This document shows, piece by piece, positions 36,349 to 47,514 of a DNA stretch of 64,000 nt. The translations under genes and the position numbers were made by a program. Every line of letters starts with the position of its first letter. Position 1 is the stretch's first letter. This DNA comes from Steroidobacteraceae bacterium (GTDB taxonomy: Bacteria > Pseudomonadota > Gammaproteobacteria > Steroidobacterales > Steroidobacteraceae), in NCBI GenBank assembly GCA_044357085.1, contig JBIKVA010000001.1, positions 11,266 to 75,265 on the forward strand. The letters run 5' to 3'. Below the pieces are notes generated by a model. That model made no database searches and was not told where the DNA came from. It saw only the letters and a list, made by a program, of their open reading frames with translations.

Positions 36349-37323
36349 TCAGTGCGATTGAGCTGCGGCCGCGCGCTGGCGGTGCACCAGTTCGACGGCG
36401 AGTTCCACGGCGGCGCGCAGGCTGCCGACATCGGCACGGCCGCTGCCCGCCAGCGTCAGCGCGGTGCCATGGTCCACCGACGTACGGATCACCGGCAGAC
36501 CGAGGGTCACGTTGACCGCGTGGCCGAAGCCGGCGTGCTTGAGCACCGGCAGACCCTGATCGTGGAACATGGCGAGGAACGCATCGGCCTTGGCGATTTC
36601 GCGCGGCACGAAGGCGGTGTCGGCCGGTACCGGTCCGTGGGCGTCGATGCCTGCGGCACGTGCCGCTTCGATGGCCGGGGAGATGTGGTGGATTTCCTCA
36701 TCGCCCAGCAAGCCGCTTTCGCCGGCGTGCGGATTGAGCCCGCAGACCATGATCCGGGGCCGCGCGATCCCGAAAGCGTTCCGCAGATCGTGGTCCATGA
36801 TGCGCAGGATCTCCAGCAGCAGCGGCGTGGTGATCGCATCCGGGACGCATCGCAGCGGCAGGTGAGTGGTGGCGAGCGCGACGCGCAGGTCGCCGGCGAC
36901 CAGCATCATCACCGGCTTGGCGGTGCCGCAGCGCTCGGCGAGGTATTCGGTATGACCGGAGAACCGTACGCCCGAAGCGGCGATGACGCTCTTCTGCACC
37001 GGCGCCGTGACCATGGCGTCGAAGCGCCCGCTGCGCACGCCCTCGAGCGCCTCGTCGAGCAGGCCGAGTACATACCCGGCGTTGCGGGCGTCGAGGGTGC
37101 CGGCGACAACCGGCGCGGCGAGTGGCCGGTGCAGCACCTGCAGGCGTTCGAGTCGCGCCCCTGCGGGAGCCCGGCTCTCGAGCAACGGACCATCGACGAG
37201 GCAACTGAGCTCGCAGGGCGGAAGATCGACGCCGGTCAACTGCGCGCAAAGCTCCGGGCCGATGCCGGCGGGCTCGCCCGAGGTGACGACGATGCGCGGT
37301 CGATCAGGTCTTGATGTCGACAT
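36349..37323 (-). CDS. pdxA: 4-hydroxythreonine-4-phosphate dehydrogenase
   Basis: SGEPAGIGPEL...GHTEYLA...NPHAGE..GDEE...TSVDHGTA. Confidence 0.93.
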   Translation of the reverse strand: MSTSRPDRPRIVVTSGEPAGIGPELCAQLTGVDLPPCELSCLVDGPLLESRAPAGARLERLQVLHRPLAAPVVAGTLDARNAGYVLGLLDEALEGVRSGRFDAMVTAPVQKSVIAASGVRFSGHTEYLAERCGTAKPVMMLVAGDLRVALATTHLPLRCVPDAITTPLLLEILRIMDHDLRNAFGIARPRIMVCGLNPHAGESGLLGDEEIHHISPAIEAARAAGIDAHGPVPADTAFVPREIAKADAFLAMFHDQGLPVLKHAGFGHAVNVTLGLPVIRTSVDHGTALTLAGSGRADVGSLRAAVELAVELVHRQRAAAAQSH

Positions 37324-38626
37324 ACGCCTCGTCGCGCAGCCGACGCAGCCACAGTTCCGTCTCTTCGTCCGCCTTGCTTTCGCGTAATTGCAGGAAGGCT
37401 CGCTGGCGACGCAGTTCGTCGGTGTTGTCGAACTGGCGACGGCCCAGCAACTGCACGATGTGCCAGCCGAACTGGGTCCGGAAAGGTTCGCTGATTTCGT
37501 TCGCGGCCAGCTTGCCGAGCGTGGCGTCGAACTCCGGCACGAACGTGCCCGGGGCCGTCCAGCCGAGATCGCCGCCTTCGGCCGCCGAGCCCGGATCTTC
37601 GGAGAGGGTCTTGGCGAGCACCGCGAAATCCTCGCCCTTGAGGATGCGCTCGCGCACGTCGCGCAGCCGCTGCTCCACGGTGGCGTCGTCCTGGATTTCG
37701 GTGGGCTTCAGCAGGATGTGCCGCGCGTTCGTCTGTTCGATCACGACCTGCTGGTCGGCGCCACGGACCTCGTTGAGGCGGACGATGTGGTATCCCGACG
37801 GCGTACGCAGGGGCTCGCTGATTTCGCCGGGCTTCAGGCCCACCACGAGATCGGCGAGGACGGTCGGAATTTCAGGGCCGCGACGCCAGCCGAGCGCGCC
37901 GCCTTCGAGGGCGGTCTGGCTGTTGGAGTAGGCCACCGCGAGCCGGGCGAAGTCCTCGCCTGCCTTGGCGCGGTCGCGGACGTCCTGTGCCCGTCGCGCT
38001 GCCTGGTCGAGCTGCGCCGGCGATGCGTCCTGGGGAACCGCGATCAGGATGTGGGAAAGGTTGTATTCATTGAGTTCCGAGGGACGCGACTTCTGCTTCT
38101 CGAGGAACTGGTCGAGTTCGCGCGGCGAGACGTTGATACGCTGGATGACGTCGCGCTGCTGCAGCACCTGCAGGGTCATCTCGCGGCGGATGTTCTCGCG
38201 ATAGATGCCATAGTCGATGCCCTGCTGCGACAGCGCCGCGGGCAACTGCGCGAGCGCGATGCCGTTGCGCTGCGCGACGTCGGCCAGCGCCTGGTTGAGC
38301 GCCTCGTCGTTGATGCGGATGCCGGCGCGCTGCGCACGCTGCATCTGGATCTCCTGCAGCACCAGCCGTTCGAGTACCTGCTGGCGCAGCACCGTTACGG
38401 GGGGCGTCTCGAGGCCCTGCGCCTTCAGGCGTTCGCCGACGATCAGGATCTGCTCTTCGAGCTCGCTGGCGAGCACCACGCCGTCGTTGACCACTGCGGC
38501 GACCCGATCGAGCAGCGCGCCGCGGTCGGAGAGTGAACGCTGCGCCGGAGCGGGCATCGCGGTGACAGCCACGAGGAGCGCGGCGGCGACGACGCGAACG
38601 GACAGGGGGCGCGGGCTCTGGGTCAT
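37304..38626 (-). CDS. surA: Periplasmic chaperone/peptidyl-prolyl isomerase SurA
   Basis: 440 aa with a signal peptide and two parvulin domains (HILI...SPSG...GGALGW; ARHILL...GGDLGW). Confidence 0.9.
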   Translation of the reverse strand: MTQSPRPLSVRVVAAALLVAVTAMPAPAQRSLSDRGALLDRVAAVVNDGVVLASELEEQILIVGERLKAQGLETPPVTVLRQQVLERLVLQEIQMQRAQRAGIRINDEALNQALADVAQRNGIALAQLPAALSQQGIDYGIYRENIRREMTLQVLQQRDVIQRINVSPRELDQFLEKQKSRPSELNEYNLSHILIAVPQDASPAQLDQAARRAQDVRDRAKAGEDFARLAVAYSNSQTALEGGALGWRRGPEIPTVLADLVVGLKPGEISEPLRTPSGYHIVRLNEVRGADQQVVIEQTNARHILLKPTEIQDDATVEQRLRDVRERILKGEDFAVLAKTLSEDPGSAAEGGDLGWTAPGTFVPEFDATLGKLAANEISEPFRTQFGWHIVQLLGRRQFDNTDELRRQRAFLQLRESKADEETELWLRRLRDEAYVDIKT

Positions 38627-38652
38627 GTTTGGGTCCAGAAAATGCAGGGAAG

Positions 38653-40950
38653 TCAGCGGCTTAGGCCGACAGAGGAGTATCCCCGAATTGCCTCTCCGAG
38701 GAAAGCGTCGGCCGAACTTCCGACACTGGCAAGGCCGTTGAGTTCCAGTTGCAGGTAGTAGTCGGTGTCACGCTCGCCGGTACGGCTCGAGACGAAGCGA
38801 CGGCCGCCGAGCCGCAGCCGCCAGCAGCAGGACTTGTACTCGAAGCCGGCGAAGCGCTCGAGGGTGGTCCGGTCGCGCAGGTCGTAGACGTATCGGCCGT
38901 AGGCGTTCCAGCGCTTGCTGACCGGCCAGACGCCCGAGGCCTCGCTCTGCTCGAGGCGGTCGCGCTGGAACCGGTAGGCGAGATTGAGTGCACGCTCGGC
39001 GTCGGGCCGGTATTGCACGCGCACATGGTTGCGTTGCTGGCGTTTCGCCGCCGCATCCCATTGCATCCCGAGGTTGACGTTCCAGTCGCTCCACGCCGAG
39101 ATGCCGAGCTGCGCGACGAGGTCGGAGCGGTCGCCGGCATTCGCCGCCTCGTTCGGCAGACGCACCCGCTGGCGCTCGAAACGCCAGGTTTGCCCGATCG
39201 TGGCGGTGAGCAGCTGTCGGCCGGAGCCGCGATCGAAGACACGCGAAGTGACGCCGACGCTGGCGTGGTTGGCGTCGGCGATGCGATCGACGCCCACGTA
39301 GCGCGTGGTCCGAAACAGTTGCACGAAGTCGAGATCGGGCAGCGCGGTGTCGAACACCGGCAGCGCGTCCTGGTTGCGGTACGGCGTCCAAAGATAGAGC
39401 AGTCGCGGCTCTATGGTCATGCGCGTGCGGGCGGTCGCGCCGGTGTCGCGGCCGAGCCGCAGTCCGGCATCGAGGGCCGCCCACGGGAGGGATCGCGACA
39501 GCCGACCGTCGCTCCCGGGAGCGGCGTTGTCGAGATCGTATCGGGTGTATCGCCAGCCGGCCTGCGGCCGCAGGTAGTAGCCGGTGGCGCCGAGCTCGAC
39601 GCCCGCGCGCGGCGCGAAATCGCTGCGCCAGCCACGCACGCCGACGTCACGGTCGAAGTTCACCACTTCGCTGTCGAAGCCCCACTCGAGCGGCACTCGC
39701 CCGTCGCGGCTCCAGTCGCCACTTGCGAGCAGCCGCGGCAGGCGGCGGTAAGGACGATCGATCGCGACCAGCGCACGATCGATGGTCTGGAAGTACTCGG
39801 CTTCCGCACGCAGCGACCAGTGGTCGTCGCGGTAGCCGAGGCGGGCGCTGCGCCGCAGGAATGCGGTGCTTGCGCCCTCGACGCCGGTGGCGAAGTCCTC
39901 GAAGTATTCCGCGTCGCTCACGCTCTGTGCGTCGAGGTCGAGTCGCCAGCCGGCGGGCAGCTCGCTGCGGTGCCGCAGGCGCAGCCAGTCGCGGTCGGCG
40001 TTGCGCAGGGAGTCGCCCGGCAGGACGTTGAACCGCAACTCGCCCCGATGCTCGCGGGTGAGGTAGCGGAACTTGCCGCCGATATCGAGCCCGCGTCGTC
40101 CATACAGCGTGGGTTCGAGCATCAGGTCGTAGTTCGGCGCGAGATTGAAGTAATAGGGCAGCGCGAGTTTCACGCCACCGCGCGTGCTGTGGCCGACGTT
40201 CGGGAACAGGAATCCGCTCTTGCGCTGCTCGCCGAGCGGGAACGTCAGATAGGGCAGGTAGAGGATGGGCACGCCCATGAACTCGATCGCCGCGTCGCGA
40301 CCGCTGCCGAGGCGCGCACGCGTATCGAGTTCGATGTTGCGCGCGCGGATGCGCCAGTCCGGCTGATCTTCGGGGCAGGTGCTGAACCACACCTCCGACA
40401 GCGAGGCCTTGCCATCGATGCCGATCTGCATCGTCGCCGCCGCGCCGCGCGCCGGTTGCGCGGGCAACTCGAACTGCGTGTCATCGAATGCAGCCCCGCC
40501 CACCGGGTCGTACTTGCCCGAGCGGCCGGCGGCACGCAGCACCGGATCCTCGTAGCGCACCCGGCCGCGTACCGAGAACTCGCGGCTGCGGGCGTCGTAG
40601 TCGACGTTGTCGGCGCTCACGGTGCGATCGCCCTGGCGGATGCTTACCGCGCCGCTCAATTCCGCATTGCCGGCAACGCCCAGCTTGGCGTCGTCGCTCG
40701 TGACCTCGATCTGCTCGTCGGTGGCGCGTGCAACGGCTGCAGGTGGTGCGGGGGCCGCACCGGCCTCCGGGAGGTTGCTGCCGAGGGCCAGTGCCTCGCG
40801 CACGGACGCCGGTGCCGGGCAGCGCAGCGGGGCGGCGGCGTTGGTGGCCTCGTCGGCTGCCGCCGTCCGCAGGCAGGCGGGCAGGACGGCGAGCGTCGCA
40901 CAGGCGATAAGAGGAGCGAGACGACGCGGCGAGCTCATGGCGATGGCCAT
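38653..40950 (-). CDS. lptD: LPS-assembly outer-membrane protein LptD
   Basis: 765 aa with an OstA N-terminal domain and a large beta-barrel. Synteny lptD-surA-pdxA. Alternative ATG at 40938. Confidence 0.9.
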   Translation of the reverse strand: MAIAMSSPRRLAPLIACATLAVLPACLRTAAADEATNAAAPLRCPAPASVREALALGSNLPEAGAAPAPPAAVARATDEQIEVTSDDAKLGVAGNAELSGAVSIRQGDRTVSADNVDYDARSREFSVRGRVRYEDPVLRAAGRSGKYDPVGGAAFDDTQFELPAQPARGAAATMQIGIDGKASLSEVWFSTCPEDQPDWRIRARNIELDTRARLGSGRDAAIEFMGVPILYLPYLTFPLGEQRKSGFLFPNVGHSTRGGVKLALPYYFNLAPNYDLMLEPTLYGRRGLDIGGKFRYLTREHRGELRFNVLPGDSLRNADRDWLRLRHRSELPAGWRLDLDAQSVSDAEYFEDFATGVEGASTAFLRRSARLGYRDDHWSLRAEAEYFQTIDRALVAIDRPYRRLPRLLASGDWSRDGRVPLEWGFDSEVVNFDRDVGVRGWRSDFAPRAGVELGATGYYLRPQAGWRYTRYDLDNAAPGSDGRLSRSLPWAALDAGLRLGRDTGATARTRMTIEPRLLYLWTPYRNQDALPVFDTALPDLDFVQLFRTTRYVGVDRIADANHASVGVTSRVFDRGSGRQLLTATIGQTWRFERQRVRLPNEAANAGDRSDLVAQLGISAWSDWNVNLGMQWDAAAKRQQRNHVRVQYRPDAERALNLAYRFQRDRLEQSEASGVWPVSKRWNAYGRYVYDLRDRTTLERFAGFEYKSCCWRLRLGGRRFVSSRTGERDTDYYLQLELNGLASVGSSADAFLGEAIRGYSSVGLSR

Positions 40951-40990
40951 TATAATGACGCACCCTGCCTGACCGTGGATTTCGACGCCC

Positions 40991-42058
40991 GTGACGGACG
41001 ACCGTTTCGAACTTTTGTCGCGTTGGGTCGTGCAGGATCTTGGTCACGACGTGATCGACATCGGCGTGGCCTCGGCCGATGCCAGTTTCCGTCGCTATTT
41101 CCGTGCCCGGCTGCGTGACGGCGGCAGTTTCGTGGTCATGGACGCGCCCCCTGCCCATGAGGACCTCGGTCCTTACCTCAAGGTTGCCACGCTGCTGCAC
41201 GGTGCCGGGGTCCATGTGCCCGCCGTGCATGCGGTCGATCGGCAGCGCGGGTTCGTCCTGCTCGAGGATCTGGGGTCGACACCGTTCCTCGCCGAGTTGC
41301 GTCGGCCGGGGCGGGCCGAGGTGCTCTATCGTGCAGCCCTGCACGCGCTCGAGCGCATCCAGGTCGACGGACGGGAGGCGGCGCGCGAGTTGCCGCCCTA
41401 CGACGCCGCGGCATTGCGCCGCGAACTCGAGCTGATGCCGGACTGGTTCTGCGGGCGCCACCTGCAGCTCGCGCTCGATGACGGCGAGCGTCAGTTGCTC
41501 GAGCGCTGTTTTGCCTGGCTGATCGACGAGGCGCTCGCGCAGCCGGTGGTGTTCGTGCACCGCGACTACCACTCGCGGAACCTGATGGTGCTCGCGGGCG
41601 ACGCGGCCGGGGTCATCGACTTCCAGGATGCGCTCGCCGGGCCCGTCGGCTATGACCCGGTCTCGCTGCTCAAAGATTGCTACATCCGCTGGCCGCGTGC
41701 CGAGGTCGAGCGCTGGTTGCGCGACTACCGCGGCCGCCTGCTGCGGCGCGGCGTGCACGAGCTCTGCGGCAGCAGCGAGCGCGAATTCCTGCGCTGGATC
41801 GACCTGATCGGCGTGCAGCGGCACATAAAGGTGCTCGGCATCTTCGCGCGGCTGTGGTGGCGCGACGGCAAGGTCGGCTATCTCGACGACCTGCCGCTGA
41901 CGCTCGATTACGTGCGCGACGCCAGCGCCCGACACCTGCCGTTGCGCGAGTTCGGTCTCTGGCTCGAGCGGCGCATCGTGCCGCAGCTCGCCGCGGCCAA
42001 TGCACGCGCCAGGCAGCACGCCGCAGGCGCTGCCGCCGCACCGGCCGCGCGGCCGTGA
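40991..42058 (+). CDS. amgK: N-acetylmuramate/N-acetylglucosamine kinase (aminoglycoside-phosphotransferase fold, AmgK-like)
   Basis: ASFRRYFR...VMDAPP...HRDYHSRNLM...IDFQDA. Divergent from lptD and followed by murU, as in Pseudomonas. GTG start. Confidence 0.8.
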   Translation: MTDDRFELLSRWVVQDLGHDVIDIGVASADASFRRYFRARLRDGGSFVVMDAPPAHEDLGPYLKVATLLHGAGVHVPAVHAVDRQRGFVLLEDLGSTPFLAELRRPGRAEVLYRAALHALERIQVDGREAARELPPYDAAALRRELELMPDWFCGRHLQLALDDGERQLLERCFAWLIDEALAQPVVFVHRDYHSRNLMVLAGDAAGVIDFQDALAGPVGYDPVSLLKDCYIRWPRAEVERWLRDYRGRLLRRGVHELCGSSEREFLRWIDLIGVQRHIKVLGIFARLWWRDGKVGYLDDLPLTLDYVRDASARHLPLREFGLWLERRIVPQLAAANARARQHAAGAAAAPAARP

Positions 42059-42805
<747 letters not shown>

Positions 42806-42842
42806 GGGGCACGCCCGACGCGCCGTCGCGTAAACTCCGGGC

Positions 42843-43877
42843 GTGGACAAGGACGACATTTCCGGCCGGGACGGCAAGGCACGCAGCGGCGAGAAATACC
42901 GCACTGCGCAGGGTTTCGCGGCGATCCGCGACGGCATCAAGGCCACTGCCGGCGCTCCCGGTCGCGTGCCCGGCGGCAAGCCGCGCTGGCTCAAGGCACC
43001 GCTTGCGGCCGGCGCCAACTACGATTTCGTGCGTCGGACCGTGCGCGAGCACCGGCTGGCCACGGTCTGCGAGGAGGCCAAGTGCCCCAATATCGGCGAA
43101 TGCTGGAATGCCGGCACCGCCACCATCATGCTGATGGGCGAGGTGTGCACGCGCGCCTGCCGCTTCTGCGCCGTCGATACCGGCAACCCGCGCGGGTGGC
43201 TCGACCCTGAAGAACCGCGCAACACGGCGCGCACCGTGGCGCTGATGAAGCTGCGCTACGTCGTGCTGACCTCGGTCAATCGCGACGATCTTCCCGACGG
43301 TGGTGCGGCGCATTTCGCGGCCGCGGTCAGGGCGATCAAGGAAATCTCGCCACACACCGCGGTCGAGGCGCTGACCCCCGATTTCCAGGGCGTGCTCGCC
43401 GACGTCGAGACCGTGGTCGATTCGGGGCTCGAGGTGTTCGCCCAGAACGTCGAGACCGTGCGGCGTCTCACGCACCCGGTCCGTGATCCGCGCGCCGGAT
43501 ACGAACAGACGCTGCGCGTGCTGGCGCATGCCAGGCGGCACCGTCCCGAGGTGCTCACCAAGACCAGCCTGATGCTCGGACTCGGCGAGACGGACGAGGA
43601 AATCCGCCAGACCATCGCCGACCTGCGCGCGCACGACGTCGATCTGCTCACGCTTGGCCAGTACCTGCAGCCAACGGTGAATCATCTGCCGGTGGCGCGT
43701 TTCGTGACGCCGGACGACTTCGATCGCTACCGCGACTGGGCGTTGGCGGCCGGGTTCCGCGAGTGCGTGTCGGGACCACTGGTGCGCTCCAGCTACCGCG
43801 CCGAGCAGGCACTCGCCGGCAACAACGCGGGGCTCGACAATGCCGCACTCGCCGCAGTTGCCGCGCCGCGTCCGTAA
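42843..43877 (+). CDS. lipA: Lipoyl synthase
   Basis: [12 protein letters not shown] and radical-SAM CTRACRFC clusters, plus SSYRAEQ at the C-terminus. GTG start. Confidence 0.93.
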   Translation: MDKDDISGRDGKARSGEKYRTAQGFAAIRDGIKATAGAPGRVPGGKPRWLKAPLAAGANYDFVRRTVREHRLATVCEEAKCPNIGECWNAGTATIMLMGEVCTRACRFCAVDTGNPRGWLDPEEPRNTARTVALMKLRYVVLTSVNRDDLPDGGAAHFAAAVRAIKEISPHTAVEALTPDFQGVLADVETVVDSGLEVFAQNVETVRRLTHPVRDPRAGYEQTLRVLAHARRHRPEVLTKTSLMLGLGETDEEIRQTIADLRAHDVDLLTLGQYLQPTVNHLPVARFVTPDDFDRYRDWALAAGFRECVSGPLVRSSYRAEQALAGNNAGLDNAALAAVAAPRP

Positions 43878-44523
43878 TCTCGGTCGCGTCGACTACCTGC
43901 CCGTGTGGCAGGCCATGCAGCGCTTCACCGACGAGCGCACGGCGGAAACGCCCGACGAGATCTGGGTGCTCGAGCATCACCCGGTGTTCACGCTCGGCAT
44001 GAATGCCGATCCGCAGCATGTGCTCGCCGCCGGCGACATTCCCGTGGTGCGCGTCGATCGCGGTGGGCAGGTCACCTACCACGGCCCCGGGCAACTCGTC
44101 GTGTATCCGCTCATCGATCTGCGCCGTGCCGGTCTCGGGGTCCGCGACCTCGTCACGGCGCTCGAGCAGTCCGTCGTGGCTTGCCTCGCGGGCTACGGCA
44201 TCCCGGCCGCCACGCGGCCAAAGGCACCGGGCGTCTACGTGCAGGACCGCAAAATCGCCAGTGTCGGCATCCGCGTACGTCGGGGTGCGAGTTATCATGG
44301 CATCGCGCTGAACGTCGCCATGGATCTGGAGCCGTTCGCGCGCATCAACCCCTGCGGCTACGAGGGGCTCGCGATGACCCAGCTGGCGGCGCTCGGCGCA
44401 CCGACTGAGTCGACGTGTGTGGCCGCGGACCTGCTGACGGAACTGCAACGTTTGCTGTCGAGGAACTCGCATGACCCCTCCCAAACCCGTACCGACCAAG
44501 AAGGAACTCGACATCGTCCGTAA
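43840..44523 (+). CDS. lipB: Octanoyltransferase (lipoyl(octanoyl) transferase)
   Basis: [10 protein letters not shown]...[16 protein letters not shown]...KIASVGIR...HG.ALNV. Overlaps lipA by 38 nt (alternative TTG at 43858) and folE by 53 nt. Confidence 0.9.
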   Translation: MPHSPQLPRRVRNLGRVDYLPVWQAMQRFTDERTAETPDEIWVLEHHPVFTLGMNADPQHVLAAGDIPVVRVDRGGQVTYHGPGQLVVYPLIDLRRAGLGVRDLVTALEQSVVACLAGYGIPAATRPKAPGVYVQDRKIASVGIRVRRGASYHGIALNVAMDLEPFARINPCGYEGLAMTQLAALGAPTESTCVAADLLTELQRLLSRNSHDPSQTRTDQEGTRHRP

Positions 44524-45049
44524 GTTGCTCGCCTATATCGGCGAGGACCCGGACCGCGAGGGCCTGCTCGAGACTCCAGCCCGTTTCCTGAAGGCCTGGG
44601 AGGAATACACCCGCGGCTACCGCGAGAAGCCCGAAGAAATCCTCAAGTCTTTCGAGGACGGTGCGCAGAGCGTCGACGAGATGGTCATCGTGCGCGACAT
44701 CCCGGTGTACTCGCTCTGCGAGCACCATCTCGCGCCGTTCTTCGGCAGGGCCTACGTCGGCTATGTTCCCGACCGGCGCATCCTGGGCTTGTCAAAGATT
44801 TCGCGACTGGTCGAGATCTATGCGCGCCGCCTGCAGGTGCAGGAACGGCTGACCAACCAGATCGCCGACGCGCTCGACACCCACCTGCAGGCGCTGGGCG
44901 TGGCCGTGGTGATCGAGTGCCGGCACATGTGCATGGAGTCGCGCGGCGTGCGTCACACCGGCACGGCGACCGTGACTTCGGCGCTGCGCGGTTCGATCAA
45001 GAGCAATGCCGACACGCGGCGCGAGTTCCTCTCGCTGATCGGCCGCTGA
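44471..45049 (+). CDS. folE: GTP cyclohydrolase I (FolE type 1)
   Basis: [11 protein letters not shown]...[13 protein letters not shown]...QERLT.QIA...ECRHMCM. GAGGAA SD before the ATG. Confidence 0.93.
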   Translation: MTPPKPVPTKKELDIVRKLLAYIGEDPDREGLLETPARFLKAWEEYTRGYREKPEEILKSFEDGAQSVDEMVIVRDIPVYSLCEHHLAPFFGRAYVGYVPDRRILGLSKISRLVEIYARRLQVQERLTNQIADALDTHLQALGVAVVIECRHMCMESRGVRHTGTATVTSALRGSIKSNADTRREFLSLIGR

Positions 45050-45100
45050 GAGCTGCCGACCGCCGCTGAAAGCGGCTGGCAGCCGCCGGGCCGCGGGTCG

Positions 45101-45394
45101 TCAGATGACCATCAGCACGCCCGCGGTGGCCACGAGGGCGCCCACCAGGGACGTGACCTGCTCGCGACTCTCGGCGACGATGGTGTAGGTGATCGAGATG
45201 AAATTGCCGGCGCCGCTCGCGCGCTCGGTGATCCGCTCCGTCGGCAGGTCAGGGCAATGAATCCGAACCACGGCGTCGATGCGGCTGCGGAAATCCCGCG
45301 CGCTGCGTCCGACCACCTTGATCGGGTAATCGGTCGGAAACTGCAGCGGGCTGGGCGGCGTTGCGCCGTCGCCCGATGATGTGTCTGCTACCAC
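45101..45394 (-). CDS. ybeD: YbeD/DUF493 family protein
   Basis: ...LQFPTDYPIKVVGRSARDFRSRIDAVV... Start chosen at the GTG overlapping the dat stop (GTGGTAG). The ORF track extends to 45451. Confidence 0.75.
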   Translation of the reverse strand: MVADTSSGDGATPPSPLQFPTDYPIKVVGRSARDFRSRIDAVVRIHCPDLPTERITERASGAGNFISITYTIVAESREQVTSLVGALVATAGVLMVI

Positions 45395-46260
45395 GGTTGC
45401 GTCGCAAGCTCGCGCTGCAGGTCCGAGAAACCCGCCCACATGCGCTGCCATACCGGTCCGGGGACTCCCGCACCCACCGCCTTGCCGTCGAGCCGGGTGA
45501 CGGCGGCGACCGTCTTGGTCGCCGAGGCCAGCCAGATCTCGTCGGCCATGCGCAACTCCGCCTCGGTTACCGTGCGCGTTTGCCGCGGGATGCCGAGACG
45601 GTCAGCAAGTTCTTCCACCACGCTGCGGGTGGTGCCGGGCAGGATCGCCAGCGAGTTGGGCGGCGTGACGATCACGCCGTCGATGACGAGGTGCACGGTG
45701 GAGGCGGTGGCCTCCATCATCAGCCCGTCGCGCAGCAGGATGGTCTCGTCGGCGCCGACGTCGCAACTCAACTGGCGCTGCAGCACGTTGCCGAGCAGCG
45801 CCACGGACTTGATGTCGCAGCGTGCCCAGCGGATGTCGGGTGCGGTGACGCAGGCGAATCCTTGCGCAAGCTGCGCTGCGGAGGGGCGCTGCAAAGGCGC
45901 TGCAAAGGCGAACACGGTCGGCGGGATCTGCGGCAGGGGCGCATGCGCGCGACCGACATCGGCGCCACGCGACACCTGCACGTAGACGTACATGTCGCCG
46001 CCGCCATTGCGCTCCATCAGTCCGCGCACGATCGCGCGCCAGCCGTCGAGGTCGTGCGGATCGGTCAGGCGCAGGGCCGCACAGCTGCGTGCGAGACGCT
46101 CGAAGTGCTCGACGAAGCGGAATGGTCGGCCGGAGAAAACCGGTACGACTTCATAGACGCCGTCGCCGAAGAGGAAACTGCGATCGAGCGGCGAGATCCG
46201 CGCCTCGGCGAGCGGCAGCCACTGACCATCGAGATGACAGATCGGGAGTGTTGCAGCCAT
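45388..46260 (-). CDS. dat: D-amino-acid (D-alanine) aminotransferase, PLP fold type IV
   Basis: SFLFGDGVYEV...ARCDIKSVALLGNVL resembles the Bacillus DAAT catalytic-Lys region RCDIKSLNLLG. Confidence 0.8.
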   Translation of the reverse strand: MAATLPICHLDGQWLPLAEARISPLDRSFLFGDGVYEVVPVFSGRPFRFVEHFERLARSCAALRLTDPHDLDGWRAIVRGLMERNGGGDMYVYVQVSRGADVGRAHAPLPQIPPTVFAFAAPLQRPSAAQLAQGFACVTAPDIRWARCDIKSVALLGNVLQRQLSCDVGADETILLRDGLMMEATASTVHLVIDGVIVTPPNSLAILPGTTRSVVEELADRLGIPRQTRTVTEAELRMADEIWLASATKTVAAVTRLDGKAVGAGVPGPVWQRMWAGFSDLQRELATQPW

Positions 46261-46263
46261 GAC

Positions 46264-47460
46264 TCACCTGAACCAGAGTGCGACCGTGTCACGGGCCCGC
46301 GCCCAGATGCCGCCCGCCGGCATCTCGCGACTGACGACGAGCGGCACGCGCTTGATCACCGTGCCGCCGTCGCGCACCTGCAACTCACCGACCCGTTGGC
46401 CGGCCTTCAGCGGTGCGACGAGCGGTTCGTCGAGGCGGGTGGTCACTTGCAATTTTGCCGCGCCACCCCGGACCACGGTGACGGCGACGCTGGTCTGCGG
46501 TCCGATGGCGACGGACTGCTCGGTACCCTTGTAGATGCGCGGCTGCAGCACCATCTCGCCCGCCTTGCGCAGCGTGACGGTTTCATAGAAGGCGAAGCCA
46601 TAGTTGAGCAGCGCGGCACTCGCCTGCTCGCGCACCTTCGGTGACGTCGTGCCGAATACGGCGGAGATCATGCGCGTGCCGTTGCGCTGTGCCGAACTCA
46701 CCAGGCAGTAGCCTGCCGTGTCGGTGTGACCGGTCTTGATGCCATCGACGCTGGAGTCCTGGTAGAGCAGGCCGTTGCGATTGCCCTGGCGGATGTCGTT
46801 CCAGACGAATTCCTTCTGCGAGTACCAGCGGTAGTACTGCGGGAAGTCGCGGATCAGGGCGCGTGCCAAGATCGCGATGTCGCGTGCGGTGGTGTAGAGC
46901 GCGGGATCCGGCAGACCCGTGGCGTTGGCGAAGTTGCTGTTCTTCATGCCGAGGGCCTTGGCCTGCTGGGTCATCAGCTGCGCGAAGGTTTGCTCCGAAC
47001 CGGCGAGACGCTCGGCCAGTGCGGTGGCGGCGTCGTTACCGGACTGGACGATCATTCCCTGCAGCAGCACCTCTGCGGGCACCTTGTCGCCCACCTGCAG
47101 GAAAGTACGGGAACCCTCCGCGCGCCACGCCCGCTCGCTGATGGTGATCGGTTCCTGCAACTGCAGCCGCCGCTCGGCGAGCGCGCGGAAGGCGACGTAG
47201 GCCGTCATCACCTTGGTGATGCTCGCCGGCTCGATCCGCATGTCCTCGTTCTCGCCGGCGAGTCGCCGCCCGGTCGCCTCGTCGATCAGGATCCACGACT
47301 TCGCGGCGACGGCCGGAGCCGGCGGGATTGCAGCCGTGGTGGCCAGTGCGGCGGGGTTGCCGGCGCAAAGCAGAGTCAAGGCCAGGCCGACTGACATGAG
47401 GCGCGTTCGCTTCGTGGCGGCGCGGACGATGGAAGCAACGATGCGGGACATGGGCGACAA
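46264..47460 (-). CDS. dacC: D-alanyl-D-alanine carboxypeptidase (PBP5/6 class)
   Basis: Signal peptide; SITKVMTAY (SxxK), SGND (SxN), KTGHT (KTG). Confidence 0.9.
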   Translation of the reverse strand: MSPMSRIVASIVRAATKRTRLMSVGLALTLLCAGNPAALATTAAIPPAPAVAAKSWILIDEATGRRLAGENEDMRIEPASITKVMTAYVAFRALAERRLQLQEPITISERAWRAEGSRTFLQVGDKVPAEVLLQGMIVQSGNDAATALAERLAGSEQTFAQLMTQQAKALGMKNSNFANATGLPDPALYTTARDIAILARALIRDFPQYYRWYSQKEFVWNDIRQGNRNGLLYQDSSVDGIKTGHTDTAGYCLVSSAQRNGTRMISAVFGTTSPKVREQASAALLNYGFAFYETVTLRKAGEMVLQPRIYKGTEQSVAIGPQTSVAVTVVRGGAAKLQVTTRLDEPLVAPLKAGQRVGELQVRDGGTVIKRVPLVVSREMPAGGIWARARDTVALWFR

Positions 47461-47514
47461 GCTGCAGCTCCTGCGGGGTGTGGGCGGGGTCGGGCAGCGC
47501 GGATTGTAAACGGC

